Source: Candidatus Multivoradales bacterium (lineage in GTDB: Bacteria > Acidobacteriota > Thermoanaerobaculia > Multivoradales > JAHEKO01). Taken from it: 64,000 nucleotides of DNA. Made by a program: the position numbers and the translations under genes. Position 1 is the stretch's first letter. Each line of letters opens with the position of its first letter. Location: positions 224,001 to 288,000 of the forward strand of contig CBDCVR010000014.1 in the NCBI GenBank assembly GCA_965223155.1, in the 5' to 3' direction. The notes below the pieces were generated by a model, which saw nothing but the letters and a program-made list of their open reading frames with translations, made no database searches and was not told where the DNA came from. This document shows, piece by piece, positions 47,823 to 58,057 of the stretch.

Positions 47823-50269
47823 CCCGGACGCCGCCCGCCGGCCTTCTCCCGAACTCCCGACTCCGGCCCCACGGGCGGCTCATCCGCTCGTGGGGCGGCG
47901 TCGTAACGCTCGCGCTCGCGCTGCCGGCCGGAGCGCTTCTCGGCATCGCCTCGCCTCGCGCGGGACTCGCTACCGAGTCCCCACTCGACCTTCGCCGCGG
48001 TCGGGAGCTCTTCGAGACCACGATCCGGCCTCTCTTCTCGCGCCACTGCATCGAGTGTCACGGTAGCGCCAAGGCTCGCTCCGGTCTTGACCTCTCGACG
48101 CGCGAGACCTTGCTCACCGGCGGCGACCATGGTCCTTCCGTGGTGCCCGGAGCGCCGGATGCGAGCCCGGTTCTCGAGTACCTTCGCCACCGGGCCGAGC
48201 CGTTCATGCCGCCCGAGCGGCCACCTCTTCCCGAAACGGCGATCGAGGCCCTGGCCGACTGGATCCGGCTGGGCGCGCCCTACGGCAGCCGCCTGGGAAC
48301 GGCGGGGCCGTCTCCGGCAGGGTCCGGTGATCCCCTCGCCGGTCTGCCCGACGCCGAGCTCCCCGCGGGCTCTCTTGCCTCCGATGCCTCGGCTGTCTCC
48401 GTTGTCTCTGATGGTTCCAAGACCTCGGATACCCCCTGGGCCTTCGCGCCGCTTGCCAACCATCCCGACGGCACCACCCTTGACGGCCTGGTGGCGACCG
48501 GCTGGGCCGAGCGCGGCGCGACGCCGGCGCCCGAAGTCCCGAAGGCCGTGCTCGCCCGGCGCCTCCACTTCGACACCATTGGCCTGCCTCCGGCCCCAGA
48601 TGACCTGGCCGCCTTTCTCGCCGACGACTCCCCGGGAGCCTATGAGGCACTCGTGGACCGTCTCCTGGCCAGCCCCCACTTCGGAGAGCGATGGGCGCGC
48701 CACTGGCTGGACGTCGCGCGTTTCGCCGAGAGCCACGGCTTCGAGCACGACTACGACCGGGCCGGGGCGTTTCACTACCGCGACTTCGTCATTCGAGCCT
48801 TCAACGCCGACATGCCTTTCGACCGTTTCGTCCGCTGGCAGCTCGCCGGCGACGAGCTCGCACCCGAAAATTCTTTGGCTCTCGTGGCCACCGGCTTCTT
48901 AGCCGCCGGCGTCTATCCCACCCAGCTCACCCTGGCCGACGCCGAGAGGATCCGCTACGACGCGATGGACGACATGCTGGCGACGACCGGTGTCGCTCTG
49001 CTCGCCACGACCATCGGCTGCGCCAGGTGCCATGACCACAAGTACGACCCGATCTCGGCCGACGAGTACTACGCGATGTTGAGCGCCTTTACGACCACGA
49101 TCCGGAGCGAGATCGCGGTGGACCTGCCGGCAGGGCCGGTGCCCGCCGCGTCCGTCGCCGCCGATCCCGGGGATCTCGACGGTGCGAGTCCGGGGGCTCC
49201 CGGCACGCGGGCTCCGACCAGGATCCTGATCGCCAGCGAAGGGCCGCATCTGCGGCCCCTGCCGCTGCACAAAAGCAACCGCTCGATCCCGGACTTCTAT
49301 CCCGCGACCTACCGGCTCCAGAACGGAGATCCCGCAAGCAAGCTGGGCGAGGCCCGCCTGGGCTTCCTCAGCGGCTTGACTCGTAGCCCGAACCTCGGAC
49401 CGTGGCGCGCTCCCTCCGCCGACGCCAGGACCTCAGGGCGTCGGGCTGCCCTCGCCCGCTGGATCACGGACACCGAAGCGGGAGCCGGACATCTGCTGGC
49501 CCGGGTCATCGTCAACCGCGTCTGGCAGCACTACTTTGGGCGCGGCATCGTGGCCACGCCTAACGATTTCGGCGCCCAGGGGGCTCGGCCCACCCACCCC
49601 GAGCTGCTCGACTTCCTGGCCCGGCAGCTCATCGACTCCGGCTGGCGGCTGAAGCCGATCCACAAGCTGGTCCTGATGAGCCGGCTCTACCGCCTGGGGC
49701 CGCATCCCGACCGACCGGGTCCGGGCTCGAGCTCCGAGCCGGAAGCCGGCCGCGAGGCCGAATCGGACCCCGACCACGCGCATCTGTGCCACCGTCACCC
49801 CCGGCGGCTGGAGGCCGAAGCCATCCGCGACGCGGCCCTGGCGGTTTCGGGGCTCCTCGATCGGAGCCTGTACGGCCCGGGGACCCTCGACGAGGCCGGG
49901 CGGCGGCGGAGTCTCTACTTCACCGTTAAACGCAGCCGGCTCGTTCCCAGCATGCAGATCCTGGGCTGGCCGGACACCTTGACCAGCCTCGGACACAGGA
50001 CCGTGACCACCAGCCCGAGCCAAGCTCTGCTGATGTTGAACCATCCGGCCTTCCGCGGCATGGCCCGGGGGTTCGCCGAGCGGATCGCAGCCAGTGCCGA
50101 CGTCATCGGCACCGCCTTCCTGACCGCCTTCTCGCGCCCGCCCTCGGCGCGCGAGCGGGCCTTGGCCGAGGACTTTCTTGGAGGCGCCGGCGGGGACGAG
50201 ATCCCGGATGCCCTGGTCGACTTCTGCGCCGCCCTCCTGGCCTCGAACGAGTTCGTCTATGTCGACTAG
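47819..50269 (+). CDS. Planctomycete cytochrome c / DUF1549 (PSD1) / DUF1553 protein
   Basis: CIECH, HFGERWARHWLDVARFAES, CARCHDHKYDPI, ARVIVNRVWQHYFGRG, PTHPELLD, RRLEAEAIRD. Confidence 0.9.
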   Translation: MTRTPPAGLLPNSRLRPHGRLIRSWGGVVTLALALPAGALLGIASPRAGLATESPLDLRRGRELFETTIRPLFSRHCIECHGSAKARSGLDLSTRETLLTGGDHGPSVVPGAPDASPVLEYLRHRAEPFMPPERPPLPETAIEALADWIRLGAPYGSRLGTAGPSPAGSGDPLAGLPDAELPAGSLASDASAVSVVSDGSKTSDTPWAFAPLANHPDGTTLDGLVATGWAERGATPAPEVPKAVLARRLHFDTIGLPPAPDDLAAFLADDSPGAYEALVDRLLASPHFGERWARHWLDVARFAESHGFEHDYDRAGAFHYRDFVIRAFNADMPFDRFVRWQLAGDELAPENSLALVATGFLAAGVYPTQLTLADAERIRYDAMDDMLATTGVALLATTIGCARCHDHKYDPISADEYYAMLSAFTTTIRSEIAVDLPAGPVPAASVAADPGDLDGASPGAPGTRAPTRILIASEGPHLRPLPLHKSNRSIPDFYPATYRLQNGDPASKLGEARLGFLSGLTRSPNLGPWRAPSADARTSGRRAALARWITDTEAGAGHLLARVIVNRVWQHYFGRGIVATPNDFGAQGARPTHPELLDFLARQLIDSGWRLKPIHKLVLMSRLYRLGPHPDRPGPGSSSEPEAGREAESDPDHAHLCHRHPRRLEAEAIRDAALAVSGLLDRSLYGPGTLDEAGRRRSLYFTVKRSRLVPSMQILGWPDTLTSLGHRTVTTSPSQALLMLNHPAFRGMARGFAERIAASADVIGTAFLTAFSRPPSARERALAEDFLGGAGGDEIPDALVDFCAALLASNEFVYVD

Positions 50270-51779
50270 GCAGGATCCCGCCGGCGAGCGGCACGAGCAC
50301 TGCGGCCGGATCGCGCCGACCTTCACCCGCCGGGAGGCCCTACGCCTGGCGGGCGGCGGCATGGGCATGCTGGCGCTCAACACCCTCCTTGCCCAATCCG
50401 GCCTGGCCACCCCCGGCCTGGCCACCCCCGGCTCGGCCACACCCGGCTCGGCCGTCGCGGCCCGGCGCCCGGCCGGGTCGCGGAATTGGTCCGCGCGCGC
50501 GGATTCGGTGATTTGGCTCTTCATGAACGGCGGACCGAGCCATCTCGACACCTTCGACTACAAGCCTGCTCTAGCCCGGGCCACCGGTCAGACGCTCGCC
50601 GGCTTCGACAACGCCACCGCCTTCTTCGACCAGCAGGTAGGGCCGCTCCTCGGATCACCCTTCCCTTTCCGGCAGCACGGTGAGAGCGGCGCCTGGGTCT
50701 CGTCCCTCTTCCCCCATCTCGCCCGGCAAGTGGACAAGATCGCGTTTCTCAAGTCCTTTCGAACCAGGACGAACAACCACAGTCCCGCCATGTTCATGGC
50801 CAACACCGGCGTGCCGCGCATGGGCAGACCGTGCGTCGGAAGCTGGGTGACGTACGGTCTGGGCACCGAGAATCGAAACCTGCCGGCATTCGTGGTCATG
50901 AGCGACCCGCTGGACCGGGGCCTGCCCAAAGGCCACGCCGCGAACTGGAGCAACGGCTTCCTGCCCGGCGCCTACCAGGGGGCCTGGCTCCAGCCGAAGG
51001 GGGCGCCGATCGCCAATCTCGATCGCCCGGCCGGCCAAAGCGACCGGCGCCAGCGGCGTCAGCTCGACCTCTTGCAGAAGCTCAACGCCCAGCACCATCG
51101 CCGGCGGCCCTTCGAACCGGACCTGGCGGCGCGGATCGAGAGCTTCGAGCTCGCCTACCGGATGCAGAGCGAAGCGCCCGACTGCTTCGAGCTCGACGGC
51201 GAGCCCGACTCCATCCACGAGCTCTACGGCACTCGGGACGAGCGCTGCGCCCACTTCGGCCGCCAGTGCCTGCTGGCGCGGCGCTTGGTGGAACGGGGCG
51301 TTCGCTTCGTCCAGATCTACTCCGGCGGCACCGCCAACTCGCGCAGCTGGGACGGTCACAACGACATCCGCAAGAACCACTCCCAGTTCGCCGGCGAGAC
51401 CGATCGTCCGATCGCCGGCCTGCTCGCGGATCTGGATCAGCGGGGACTGCTGGATCGAACCCTGGTGGTCTGGGGCGGCGAGTTCGGCCGCCTGCCGGTC
51501 TCCCAGCTCTCCGACGGAGAGCCCACCGGTCGAGACCACAACCCCCACGCCGGCTGCTACTGGATGGCCGGTGGCGGCATCCGCGGCGGAGTCTCGTACG
51601 GCGAAACCGATGAGCTCGGCCACAAGGCGGTTACCGATCCGATCGAGATCCACGACATCCACGCCACGCTCCTGCATCTGCTGGGCTTGGATCACGAACG
51701 CCTGACCTATCTCCACAACGGCCGGCGCTATCGCCTGACCGACGTCGCCGGCCGGGTGCTCCGCGAGGTCTTGGCCTGA
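50259..51779 (+). CDS. DUF1501 protein with Tat signal
   Basis: TRREAL, LFMNGGPSHLDTFDYKP, LLARRLVERGVRFVQ, WDGH, GEFGR, RDHNP, RLTDVAG. Confidence 0.92.
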   Translation: MSTRQDPAGERHEHCGRIAPTFTRREALRLAGGGMGMLALNTLLAQSGLATPGLATPGSATPGSAVAARRPAGSRNWSARADSVIWLFMNGGPSHLDTFDYKPALARATGQTLAGFDNATAFFDQQVGPLLGSPFPFRQHGESGAWVSSLFPHLARQVDKIAFLKSFRTRTNNHSPAMFMANTGVPRMGRPCVGSWVTYGLGTENRNLPAFVVMSDPLDRGLPKGHAANWSNGFLPGAYQGAWLQPKGAPIANLDRPAGQSDRRQRRQLDLLQKLNAQHHRRRPFEPDLAARIESFELAYRMQSEAPDCFELDGEPDSIHELYGTRDERCAHFGRQCLLARRLVERGVRFVQIYSGGTANSRSWDGHNDIRKNHSQFAGETDRPIAGLLADLDQRGLLDRTLVVWGGEFGRLPVSQLSDGEPTGRDHNPHAGCYWMAGGGIRGGVSYGETDELGHKAVTDPIEIHDIHATLLHLLGLDHERLTYLHNGRRYRLTDVAGRVLREVLA

Positions 51780-53266
51780 CCCCGAGCGGAGCGAGCGCCA
51801 GGGCGCAGGGCGTCACTGGAAGCTCCGAACGCTCCGGGGCGGACGCCAGCGGTCACGACAGACCCGACGGAGGCCGCCCTCAGCCCGGCCGGTCGCGAGC
51901 CGACGTCTTCGACACCCTCGACGCCACCGGCCTGGCCCGAGGCATCGCCCGCGGAGAGTTCTCGAGCTCCGAGCTCGTGGAACACTACCTCGGCCGGATT
52001 CGACAGCGAAACGGCGACCTCCAAGCGTTCGTCAAGGTCTTCGAGCGGCGTGCCCAACGCAGCGCCGGCCGCAAGGACCGGAAGATCCGGGGCAACCCGA
52101 CTCTGGACGCGTTCCACGGCGTCCCGATCGGCGTCAAAGACCTCAACCTGGTCCGCGCCTCCGTGGCCCGATTCGGCTCGCGGGCGGTACCGCCGATTCC
52201 ATCTCCCATCGACGACCGTACGGTCTCCCGGCTGCGCGCGGCCGGCTTCGTCCTGTTGGGGAAGACCGCCACCAGCGAGCTCGGTGCCATGCCTGTGGTC
52301 GAGCCCCGCACTCATCCTCCGACCCGCAATCCCCACGACCTCGACCGGTCGGCGGGCGGCTCCAGCGGGGGATCCGCCACGGCGGTGGCCGCGGGCCTGC
52401 TACCCATCGCCCACGGCAACGACGGCGGCGGCTCGATCCGCATCCCCGCCGCGTTCTGCGGCGTCTTCGGCTTCAAGCCTTCCCGCGGCCTCCTGGCCAA
52501 CCCCTACGGTCTGAACCCGACCCGATGCCTGTACACCTGCGGCGCCATCGCCCGTTCCGCCCGCGACCTACGCAACCTCACCGGCGCCATGCTGCCGGCG
52601 GGCCAGGAGCCCCTGGCGCGGAACGGATCCCGCCACCGCCGGCTGGTCATCCATCAAGTCGTGACCAGCGCCGTCGCCGCCACCACGAGCGAGGCGGTGG
52701 CCGCGGTCGAAGCCATCGGCCGGGTTCTGGCAGACCTCGGCCACGCGGTCCGAGCCCAGCCCCGGTTCGAAGGAGCCTTCGAGGACTTCCTTCCCCTCTA
52801 CCAGCACCTCCTGGCCGGGTTCAGACTGCTCCCGAAGCGCCGCCTGGAGCCAACGACCGCCTGGCTCTGTCGGGAGGGCCGCCGGATCCCCGAGACTGAG
52901 GCGAGCCGCCGGCACAGCGCCCTCGAACGAGACATCGACACCTGGCTGGGCGCGGCCGACATCGTGGTGAGTCCGACCGTCGGCTCGCCGCCACCCGCCA
53001 TCGGCGCCTGGAGCGCTCTAGCGCCCGGCGAAGCCTTCTTCGAAGCCGCCCGGCTCGGCGCCTACACCGCCCTCTACAACGTCGCCGGCATGCCGGCGGC
53101 CACGATTCCCGCCGGCTTCGATCGTTCCGGCTTGCCCCTCGGAGTCCAGGTCGCCGGCCGCCGGGGCACCGATGCCCTCGTCCTGGATCTGGCCGAGACC
53201 CTGGCCGACGCCGGCGCGATCCCGCTGCTGGCGCCGCTTGCCAGGGTCGCCGGCGAACAGACTTAG
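51776..53266 (+). CDS. Amidase (amidase-signature family); start uncertain
   Basis: [31 protein letters not shown]. Family-like sequence ([15 protein letters not shown]) extends upstream of the first canonical start at 51977; in-frame CTG at 51776. Confidence 0.88.
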   Translation: MTPSGASARAQGVTGSSERSGADASGHDRPDGGRPQPGRSRADVFDTLDATGLARGIARGEFSSSELVEHYLGRIRQRNGDLQAFVKVFERRAQRSAGRKDRKIRGNPTLDAFHGVPIGVKDLNLVRASVARFGSRAVPPIPSPIDDRTVSRLRAAGFVLLGKTATSELGAMPVVEPRTHPPTRNPHDLDRSAGGSSGGSATAVAAGLLPIAHGNDGGGSIRIPAAFCGVFGFKPSRGLLANPYGLNPTRCLYTCGAIARSARDLRNLTGAMLPAGQEPLARNGSRHRRLVIHQVVTSAVAATTSEAVAAVEAIGRVLADLGHAVRAQPRFEGAFEDFLPLYQHLLAGFRLLPKRRLEPTTAWLCREGRRIPETEASRRHSALERDIDTWLGAADIVVSPTVGSPPPAIGAWSALAPGEAFFEAARLGAYTALYNVAGMPAATIPAGFDRSGLPLGVQVAGRRGTDALVLDLAETLADAGAIPLLAPLARVAGEQT

Positions 53267-53280
53267 CAGTCTGGGAGAAG
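53266..53280 (+). promoter_or_regulatory. Island operator motif, copy 7
   Basis: TTA-GCAGTCTGGGAGAAG; CAGAGT 21 bp downstream. Confidence 0.72.
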
Positions 53281-53321
53281 CCGCCGGACGCGCGCCCCCG
53301 GCAGAGTTTCCGGGGACGCGT

Positions 53322-54155
53322 ATGACGATCCGTGGCTCGACCTCTATCAAGACACCTCAACGGCCGACTCTGGCCGAGGCCGTTTGCCAGGGATTTCAGA
53401 CCCTGCCGGAAGGCTGGTCGGTAGGAAGCGCCGACACGCGGCCGAGGCTCGAGCGGGCCTGCCGGCTTCTCTACCGCGAGTACCTCGAGCGCGGGTACTG
53501 CGCGCCCAGTCCCTGGCGGCTCCACTACTCGCCGCATATGTTCGGTGAGCGGTCCAGGACGTTCGTCCAAACCGCCTCGGGCACGGTCCAGGGCACCCTC
53601 AGCATCTTCCCGGACGACGCCCAGGGCCTGCCTCTCGAATCCCTCTACCGGCGGGAGATCGACGACCTGCGCGGGCGCGGCCTGGGCTTGGCCGAGATCG
53701 GTCTCCTGGCGTGCCGCGGCGGACCGGGCCAGGCGCCCGACGCTGGAGCCCGGCTGCAAAGCCTCTTCCTGCTCTTCAAGATCGCGGTCAGCTACGGCCG
53801 CTCGCTCGGGATCTCCCATCTCCTGATCGCCATCCACCCCCGGCACCGCCGGCTCTACGAGTCCCTGGGCTTTCTCAAGATGAGCAAGGTGCGCAGCTAT
53901 CCGGCGGTCCGCGGCCACCCGGCGCTGCCCATGCTGCAAGACCTGGGAAAGGAGACCGAGGAAGCCGACGGCGCCGTACGCCGCTTCTTTCTCGGCAACC
54001 CCGTTGCCCCCGAGCGCTTTCGGCGCTCTCTTGACGGTGGCGACGATCCGTTTGCCGAGCTCTTTGGAGACACCTTCCATGCCTGGCGCCGGCGCAGGCG
54101 CGCACCGGTCGAACGGCACGCGCCTGCGGTCGCTTTGCAACCCGGCACGCTCTAG
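53322..54155 (+). CDS. FeeM-like N-acyl amino acid synthase (GNAT fold)
   Basis: RLLYREYLERGY, GTLSIFPD...GLPLESLY..EI..LR, IAIHPRHRRLY..LGF. Confidence 0.72.
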   Translation: MTIRGSTSIKTPQRPTLAEAVCQGFQTLPEGWSVGSADTRPRLERACRLLYREYLERGYCAPSPWRLHYSPHMFGERSRTFVQTASGTVQGTLSIFPDDAQGLPLESLYRREIDDLRGRGLGLAEIGLLACRGGPGQAPDAGARLQSLFLLFKIAVSYGRSLGISHLLIAIHPRHRRLYESLGFLKMSKVRSYPAVRGHPALPMLQDLGKETEEADGAVRRFFLGNPVAPERFRRSLDGGDDPFAELFGDTFHAWRRRRRAPVERHAPAVALQPGTL

Positions 54156-54164
54156 GAGGCACCC

Positions 54165-55544
54165 ATGCGCAGATTCGTCCTTCTCATGCTGCTCGTCGCC
54201 TCGGTGGCCTCGGCCGCCACCCACCCGGGGCTGCGCAACCTCATGTCCAAGGCGTACTCGCCGTCGGTGATCGACGCCCACCTCTTCGACAACCTCTGGC
54301 GGTCGTGGGAGGCGCCGGCCCGGGAGGCGGCGCGCCAGGCGGCGCCCGCGCAACGCAGAGCCATGACCCTGGATCGATACGGCCTGCTGGAGGCCCCCTA
54401 CCCCAACGGAGGCGCGCCGCTCGGATTCGTGGTCAAGGACGACGGCACCTGGGCCATGACCTGCCTCATCTGCCACGCCGGTTCGGTCGAGGGCCGCACT
54501 GTGCTGGGACTGCCCAACAACGCCCTCGACTTCAGCTCGATCTACGAAGACATCGGCCAGACGGTAACGATGCTGCACGGCGATGAGCCCGGCGCTCCCG
54601 ACTTCCCGCAGGGACTCCTGACCTTCGCCAGCCCCGAGAATCCGGGTACCGTGCACTTTCCGGAGGGACTCTTGAGCGTCTCCCGCGGCACTGTCAATTC
54701 CTTCACCTTTAGCGTCTACTTCCTGTCGCTGCGCGACCAAGACCTCAACCTGCGCGACGCCCCGCTGGACCTGCCGCGACTCAATCACTACCTCGACGCG
54801 CCGCCTCTGTGGCACACCGCCAAGCGGGCTTCGTTCTACTCGGACGCTTTCGCCGAGAAGACGGTCCGGCCGCTCATGCAGTTCTCGCTCGATCCGTCCT
54901 TCGGGCCCGAAGTCTTCAAGGCCTGGGAGGCCGACTACGTCGAGATCTTCGATTGGCTGCACACCCTCGAAGCGCCGCGCTACTCCGGACCGGTCGATGC
55001 GGCCGCGGCCTCGGCCGGAGCCGGGATCTACTCGGAGCATTGCTCCAAGTGCCACGGAATCCCGGGTCCAGAAGGCGACTACGAGAACAAGGTCGTTCCG
55101 GTGGGCAAGGTGCGTACCGACCGAGCCCGCCTGGACGGCCTGGCGCCCGAGTTCCGGCGCCACCTCGGCGAATCCTGGCTCGGCGCCTACGGAGAAACCC
55201 GAATCGACACCGCGCCCGAGGGCTACACACCGCCGCCGCTCGACGGCATCTGGGCCACGGCTCCCTATTTCCACAACGGCTCGGTCCCCACCCTGTTCCA
55301 CGTGCTCTTCCCAGCCGAGCGCCCGGTGGTCTGGAGGGTCACCGACTACGCCGCCTACGATCATCGACGGATGGGGCTCACGATCGAGGAGTACGACCGC
55401 CTGCCCGCGACCCAGGGGCGGTCCGACGCTCGCGCCTTCTACGACACGAATCGGTTCTCGATGAGCGCCGGCGGACATCCTTTCGCCGACGAGCTGGACC
55501 GGAGCCAGCGCCTGGATCTACTCGAGTATCTGAAGACGCTCTAG
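54165..55544 (+). CDS. Secreted diheme c-type cytochrome, RoxA-like
   Basis: Signal peptide, TCLICH and CSKCH, PPLW, PPLDGIWATAPYFHNGSVPTL, GH.F...LLEYLKTL. Confidence 0.82.
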   Translation: MRRFVLLMLLVASVASAATHPGLRNLMSKAYSPSVIDAHLFDNLWRSWEAPAREAARQAAPAQRRAMTLDRYGLLEAPYPNGGAPLGFVVKDDGTWAMTCLICHAGSVEGRTVLGLPNNALDFSSIYEDIGQTVTMLHGDEPGAPDFPQGLLTFASPENPGTVHFPEGLLSVSRGTVNSFTFSVYFLSLRDQDLNLRDAPLDLPRLNHYLDAPPLWHTAKRASFYSDAFAEKTVRPLMQFSLDPSFGPEVFKAWEADYVEIFDWLHTLEAPRYSGPVDAAAASAGAGIYSEHCSKCHGIPGPEGDYENKVVPVGKVRTDRARLDGLAPEFRRHLGESWLGAYGETRIDTAPEGYTPPPLDGIWATAPYFHNGSVPTLFHVLFPAERPVVWRVTDYAAYDHRRMGLTIEEYDRLPATQGRSDARAFYDTNRFSMSAGGHPFADELDRSQRLDLLEYLKTL

Positions 55545-55571
55545 CAGGCGAGCCGGCTCACGGCCGAATCG

Positions 55572-56114
55572 TCAGCGCGAGCTCCCGGCAGGCTCGGGCG
55601 CCTCGGCCGGCTTGATCGAGGCATGGGCATGGACGATCCGCCAGGGCCCCTCGGGTCGAGCCCGGGAGAAGACCAGAGTCTCGGCGGTCTCGACCACTGA
55701 CGCCTCTTCGCCCACCCGGGTTTCGAAGTCTCCGCGGTAGCGGGCGAAGGCCATGGTCCCTTCCGGCGCCACGAAGACCTCGACGTCCCGCAGACGCCAC
55801 GACTCGACGGTCATGTCCTCGCCGGCGAGAAGCGCCACGTAGTCGTCCTTCCCGAATTCGACGGCGCCATCGGTGTAGAGAACGAACTCGCGGGCCATGA
55901 GGTCGCCGACGCCATCCCAGTCCCCGCGCTCGGCCAGAACAAAAAAGCTCTCGACCGCCCGTTGGACCGCGCTTCGCGCCTCCCCGAGCGCCGCGTCGAG
56001 CTGGGGCTTGGCGTCCGCGCCTGAAGCCGGGCCGCCGGACGCGGCCAGCACGACGAGCATCGAGACGACCCCGACGATCCGTGCCGGTATCGTGACTTGC
56101 CTAGACTGCTGCAT
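55572..56114 (-). CDS. Secreted NTF2-like (DUF4440/SgcJ-like) protein
   Basis: Signal peptide, GDWDGV..L, C-terminal WRIVHAHAS; overlaps the P450 stop. Confidence 0.72.
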   Translation of the reverse strand: MQQSRQVTIPARIVGVVSMLVVLAASGGPASGADAKPQLDAALGEARSAVQRAVESFFVLAERGDWDGVGDLMAREFVLYTDGAVEFGKDDYVALLAGEDMTVESWRLRDVEVFVAPEGTMAFARYRGDFETRVGEEASVVETAETLVFSRARPEGPWRIVHAHASIKPAEAPEPAGSSR

Positions 56115-57561
56115 CAGTACTCCTCCTTGGGGTTGGGTGTCTGAGCTCGGCCGGCGCGCGCGCGTCGAGTCGCAGCTCGAGGGCCGGATCGGGTCTCAGA
56201 GTGAGCGAGGCCTTCGCCGCCGGCGCCGGTCCAGCCGGACGCAGACGGAAGAGGCGGACGATCGCGGCAACCACGACCGTCGCCTCCAGGAGCGCGAAGC
56301 GACCGCCCAGACACGCCCGCTCGCCCGCGCCAAACGGCAGGAAGCAGCCGCGGGTGGCGGCGTCCTGCCCGGACCCCAGGAAGCGCTCCGGCGCGAACTC
56401 CTCGGGCCGGTCCCAGAACCGGGGGTGTCGATGGAGGCTCCAGATCCCCAACAAGACGTCGGTGCCGGCGGGGATCCGGTAGCCGCCAATCCGATCGGAT
56501 CGAATCGCGCGGCGCGTGATCATCCAGATCGGAGGGAACAGCCTCAGGGCCTCGTGCAGAACGGCCTTGAGGTACGGCAGCCGCTGGAGAGCGTCCGGAG
56601 GAACAGGTGCGGAACCGAAAGCGGCGGCAAGCTCGCCCGCCACCCGATCCTGCGCTTCGGCGTGGCTCGCCAGCAGCCAGCAGACCCAGGACAGCCAAGC
56701 GGCCGTGGTGTCGTGCCCGGCCAGAAGAAAGGTCAGGAGCTCCTCGACGGGAAGCTCAGCGTCTCCGTCTTCACCGTCGGCGGCTCGAATCGATCGCAAT
56801 AGCTGTCCGCCAGCCACCGCGCCGCCAGCCTCTGTGCGGGACAGCAGTCCACGGGCTACGACGCGAACCCGACACAGCGCCCGGCGGGCGGCGCGATTCG
56901 CCGGAGTTGGTACCGCCAGCGGTATGCGCAGGGGCGCGGCCATCCGGTCCATCGCCCAGTCTCCCAACCGGGAAAGCTCGCGCGCCAGCTCCGGGGCGTC
57001 AGCTGCCAGATCCACGCCCAGCAGCGTCCGGCCCAGAATTTCGAGCGTCAGCCGATCCAGGTCGTCGCCGACCGCGACCGTCTGGCCCTCCCGGGCCGGG
57101 CCGCTCCAGCGCCCGAGCATGGCCTCCGCCAGCGCCGCCATCTCCGGAACGTAGTCTCCGAGACGATCCGGGCCGAAGGCCGGCCGCAGCCGGCGGCGCT
57201 GACCGGCGGCCCGAGCGGCTGAGCTAGTCAAGGGTCCTCGTCCCAGAAAGGGTCGGGCTTCGGCCAGCCCCAGGCCCTTTTCGTACCGGCCGGGCTCTTC
57301 CCCAAGCACGCGCCGCAAGTGCTCGGGATCCCGGAGCAGCAGCAACCTGCGCCCGGGCATGCGAAACGCCACGACGTCTCCAAACTCGGCAAAGGCCCGG
57401 TCCACGAACGCCAGGCGATCGCTGCGGACCTCGGCCAGAGACCCCACGAGCCGGCGGCCGCGGGGTCCGGGGACCGCCCGCCATGGGCGGGCCGGAGCCC
57501 GGGCCGATCCGCCGGCCGCGGAGGTGCGAGCGCCGAGAGCCGGCGTTCCGAGGCCGCTCAC
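56101..57561 (-). CDS. Cytochrome P450
   Basis: LAGHDTT I-helix, EALRLFPP, F.PERF, FLPFGAGERACLG. Confidence 0.95.
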   Translation of the reverse strand: MSGLGTPALGARTSAAGGSARAPARPWRAVPGPRGRRLVGSLAEVRSDRLAFVDRAFAEFGDVVAFRMPGRRLLLLRDPEHLRRVLGEEPGRYEKGLGLAEARPFLGRGPLTSSAARAAGQRRRLRPAFGPDRLGDYVPEMAALAEAMLGRWSGPAREGQTVAVGDDLDRLTLEILGRTLLGVDLAADAPELARELSRLGDWAMDRMAAPLRIPLAVPTPANRAARRALCRVRVVARGLLSRTEAGGAVAGGQLLRSIRAADGEDGDAELPVEELLTFLLAGHDTTAAWLSWVCWLLASHAEAQDRVAGELAAAFGSAPVPPDALQRLPYLKAVLHEALRLFPPIWMITRRAIRSDRIGGYRIPAGTDVLLGIWSLHRHPRFWDRPEEFAPERFLGSGQDAATRGCFLPFGAGERACLGGRFALLEATVVVAAIVRLFRLRPAGPAPAAKASLTLRPDPALELRLDARAPAELRHPTPRRSTDAAV

Positions 57562-58001
57562 GCCGCGACCCCATTCGCCTGGTACCGGACCAAGGCCCGG
57601 TGCAGCGACTCGGGGATTGGCGCCGGGACGTACTCGTCGCCGGCGCGGCGCATGACCACGACCTGCTGCTCTCCCCGGGCCACGAGCTCCTCGGCGCCGC
57701 CTTCGCGAGCCTTGCGCCGGTACTCGAAAGCGAGCGTGATCCGGTTCTGCACCATCTCCTTCAAGCTCATGCGTACCAGGACCTCGTCGAAAGCGACGAG
57801 CTCTGAGGCGTACTCACACGAACAGCGCGACGTCAGCAGGCCCAGATCTCGAGCCAGCTCATCGAGCACGTCGGGACAGTGGTCGCGCAAGAACATCTCC
57901 CGGCAGCGGCCCTGCCAGCTCAGGAAGTTCGAGTAGTACACGTTGCCGACCAGGTTGGTCTCCTGAAACCCCACCACATGGGAGTACTCGTAGTAGCGCA
58001 T
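57558..58001 (-). CDS. Hot-dog-fold thioesterase of enediyne type (E10 / SgcE10 / DynE7 / CalE7-like)
   Basis: YYEYSHVVGFQETNLVGNVYY..FLSWQGRCREMFL, CEY..EL..FD, LVARGEQ. Confidence 0.92.
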   Translation of the reverse strand: MRYYEYSHVVGFQETNLVGNVYYSNFLSWQGRCREMFLRDHCPDVLDELARDLGLLTSRCSCEYASELVAFDEVLVRMSLKEMVQNRITLAFEYRRKAREGGAEELVARGEQQVVVMRRAGDEYVPAPIPESLHRALVRYQANGVAA

Positions 58002-58057
58002 GCGGCCTCAGGAAGGGATCTCGGGGAGCGCCGCGGCTTGCCAGGAGACGGCCCGGG

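Noticed and set aside
44034-47857. Partial operator-like matches (GGAG..GGGAGAAG on the minus strand near 44040, 46710 and 47850; also near 1595)
   Set aside because: They lack the GCA half or lie in coding sequence pointing away from any gene start.
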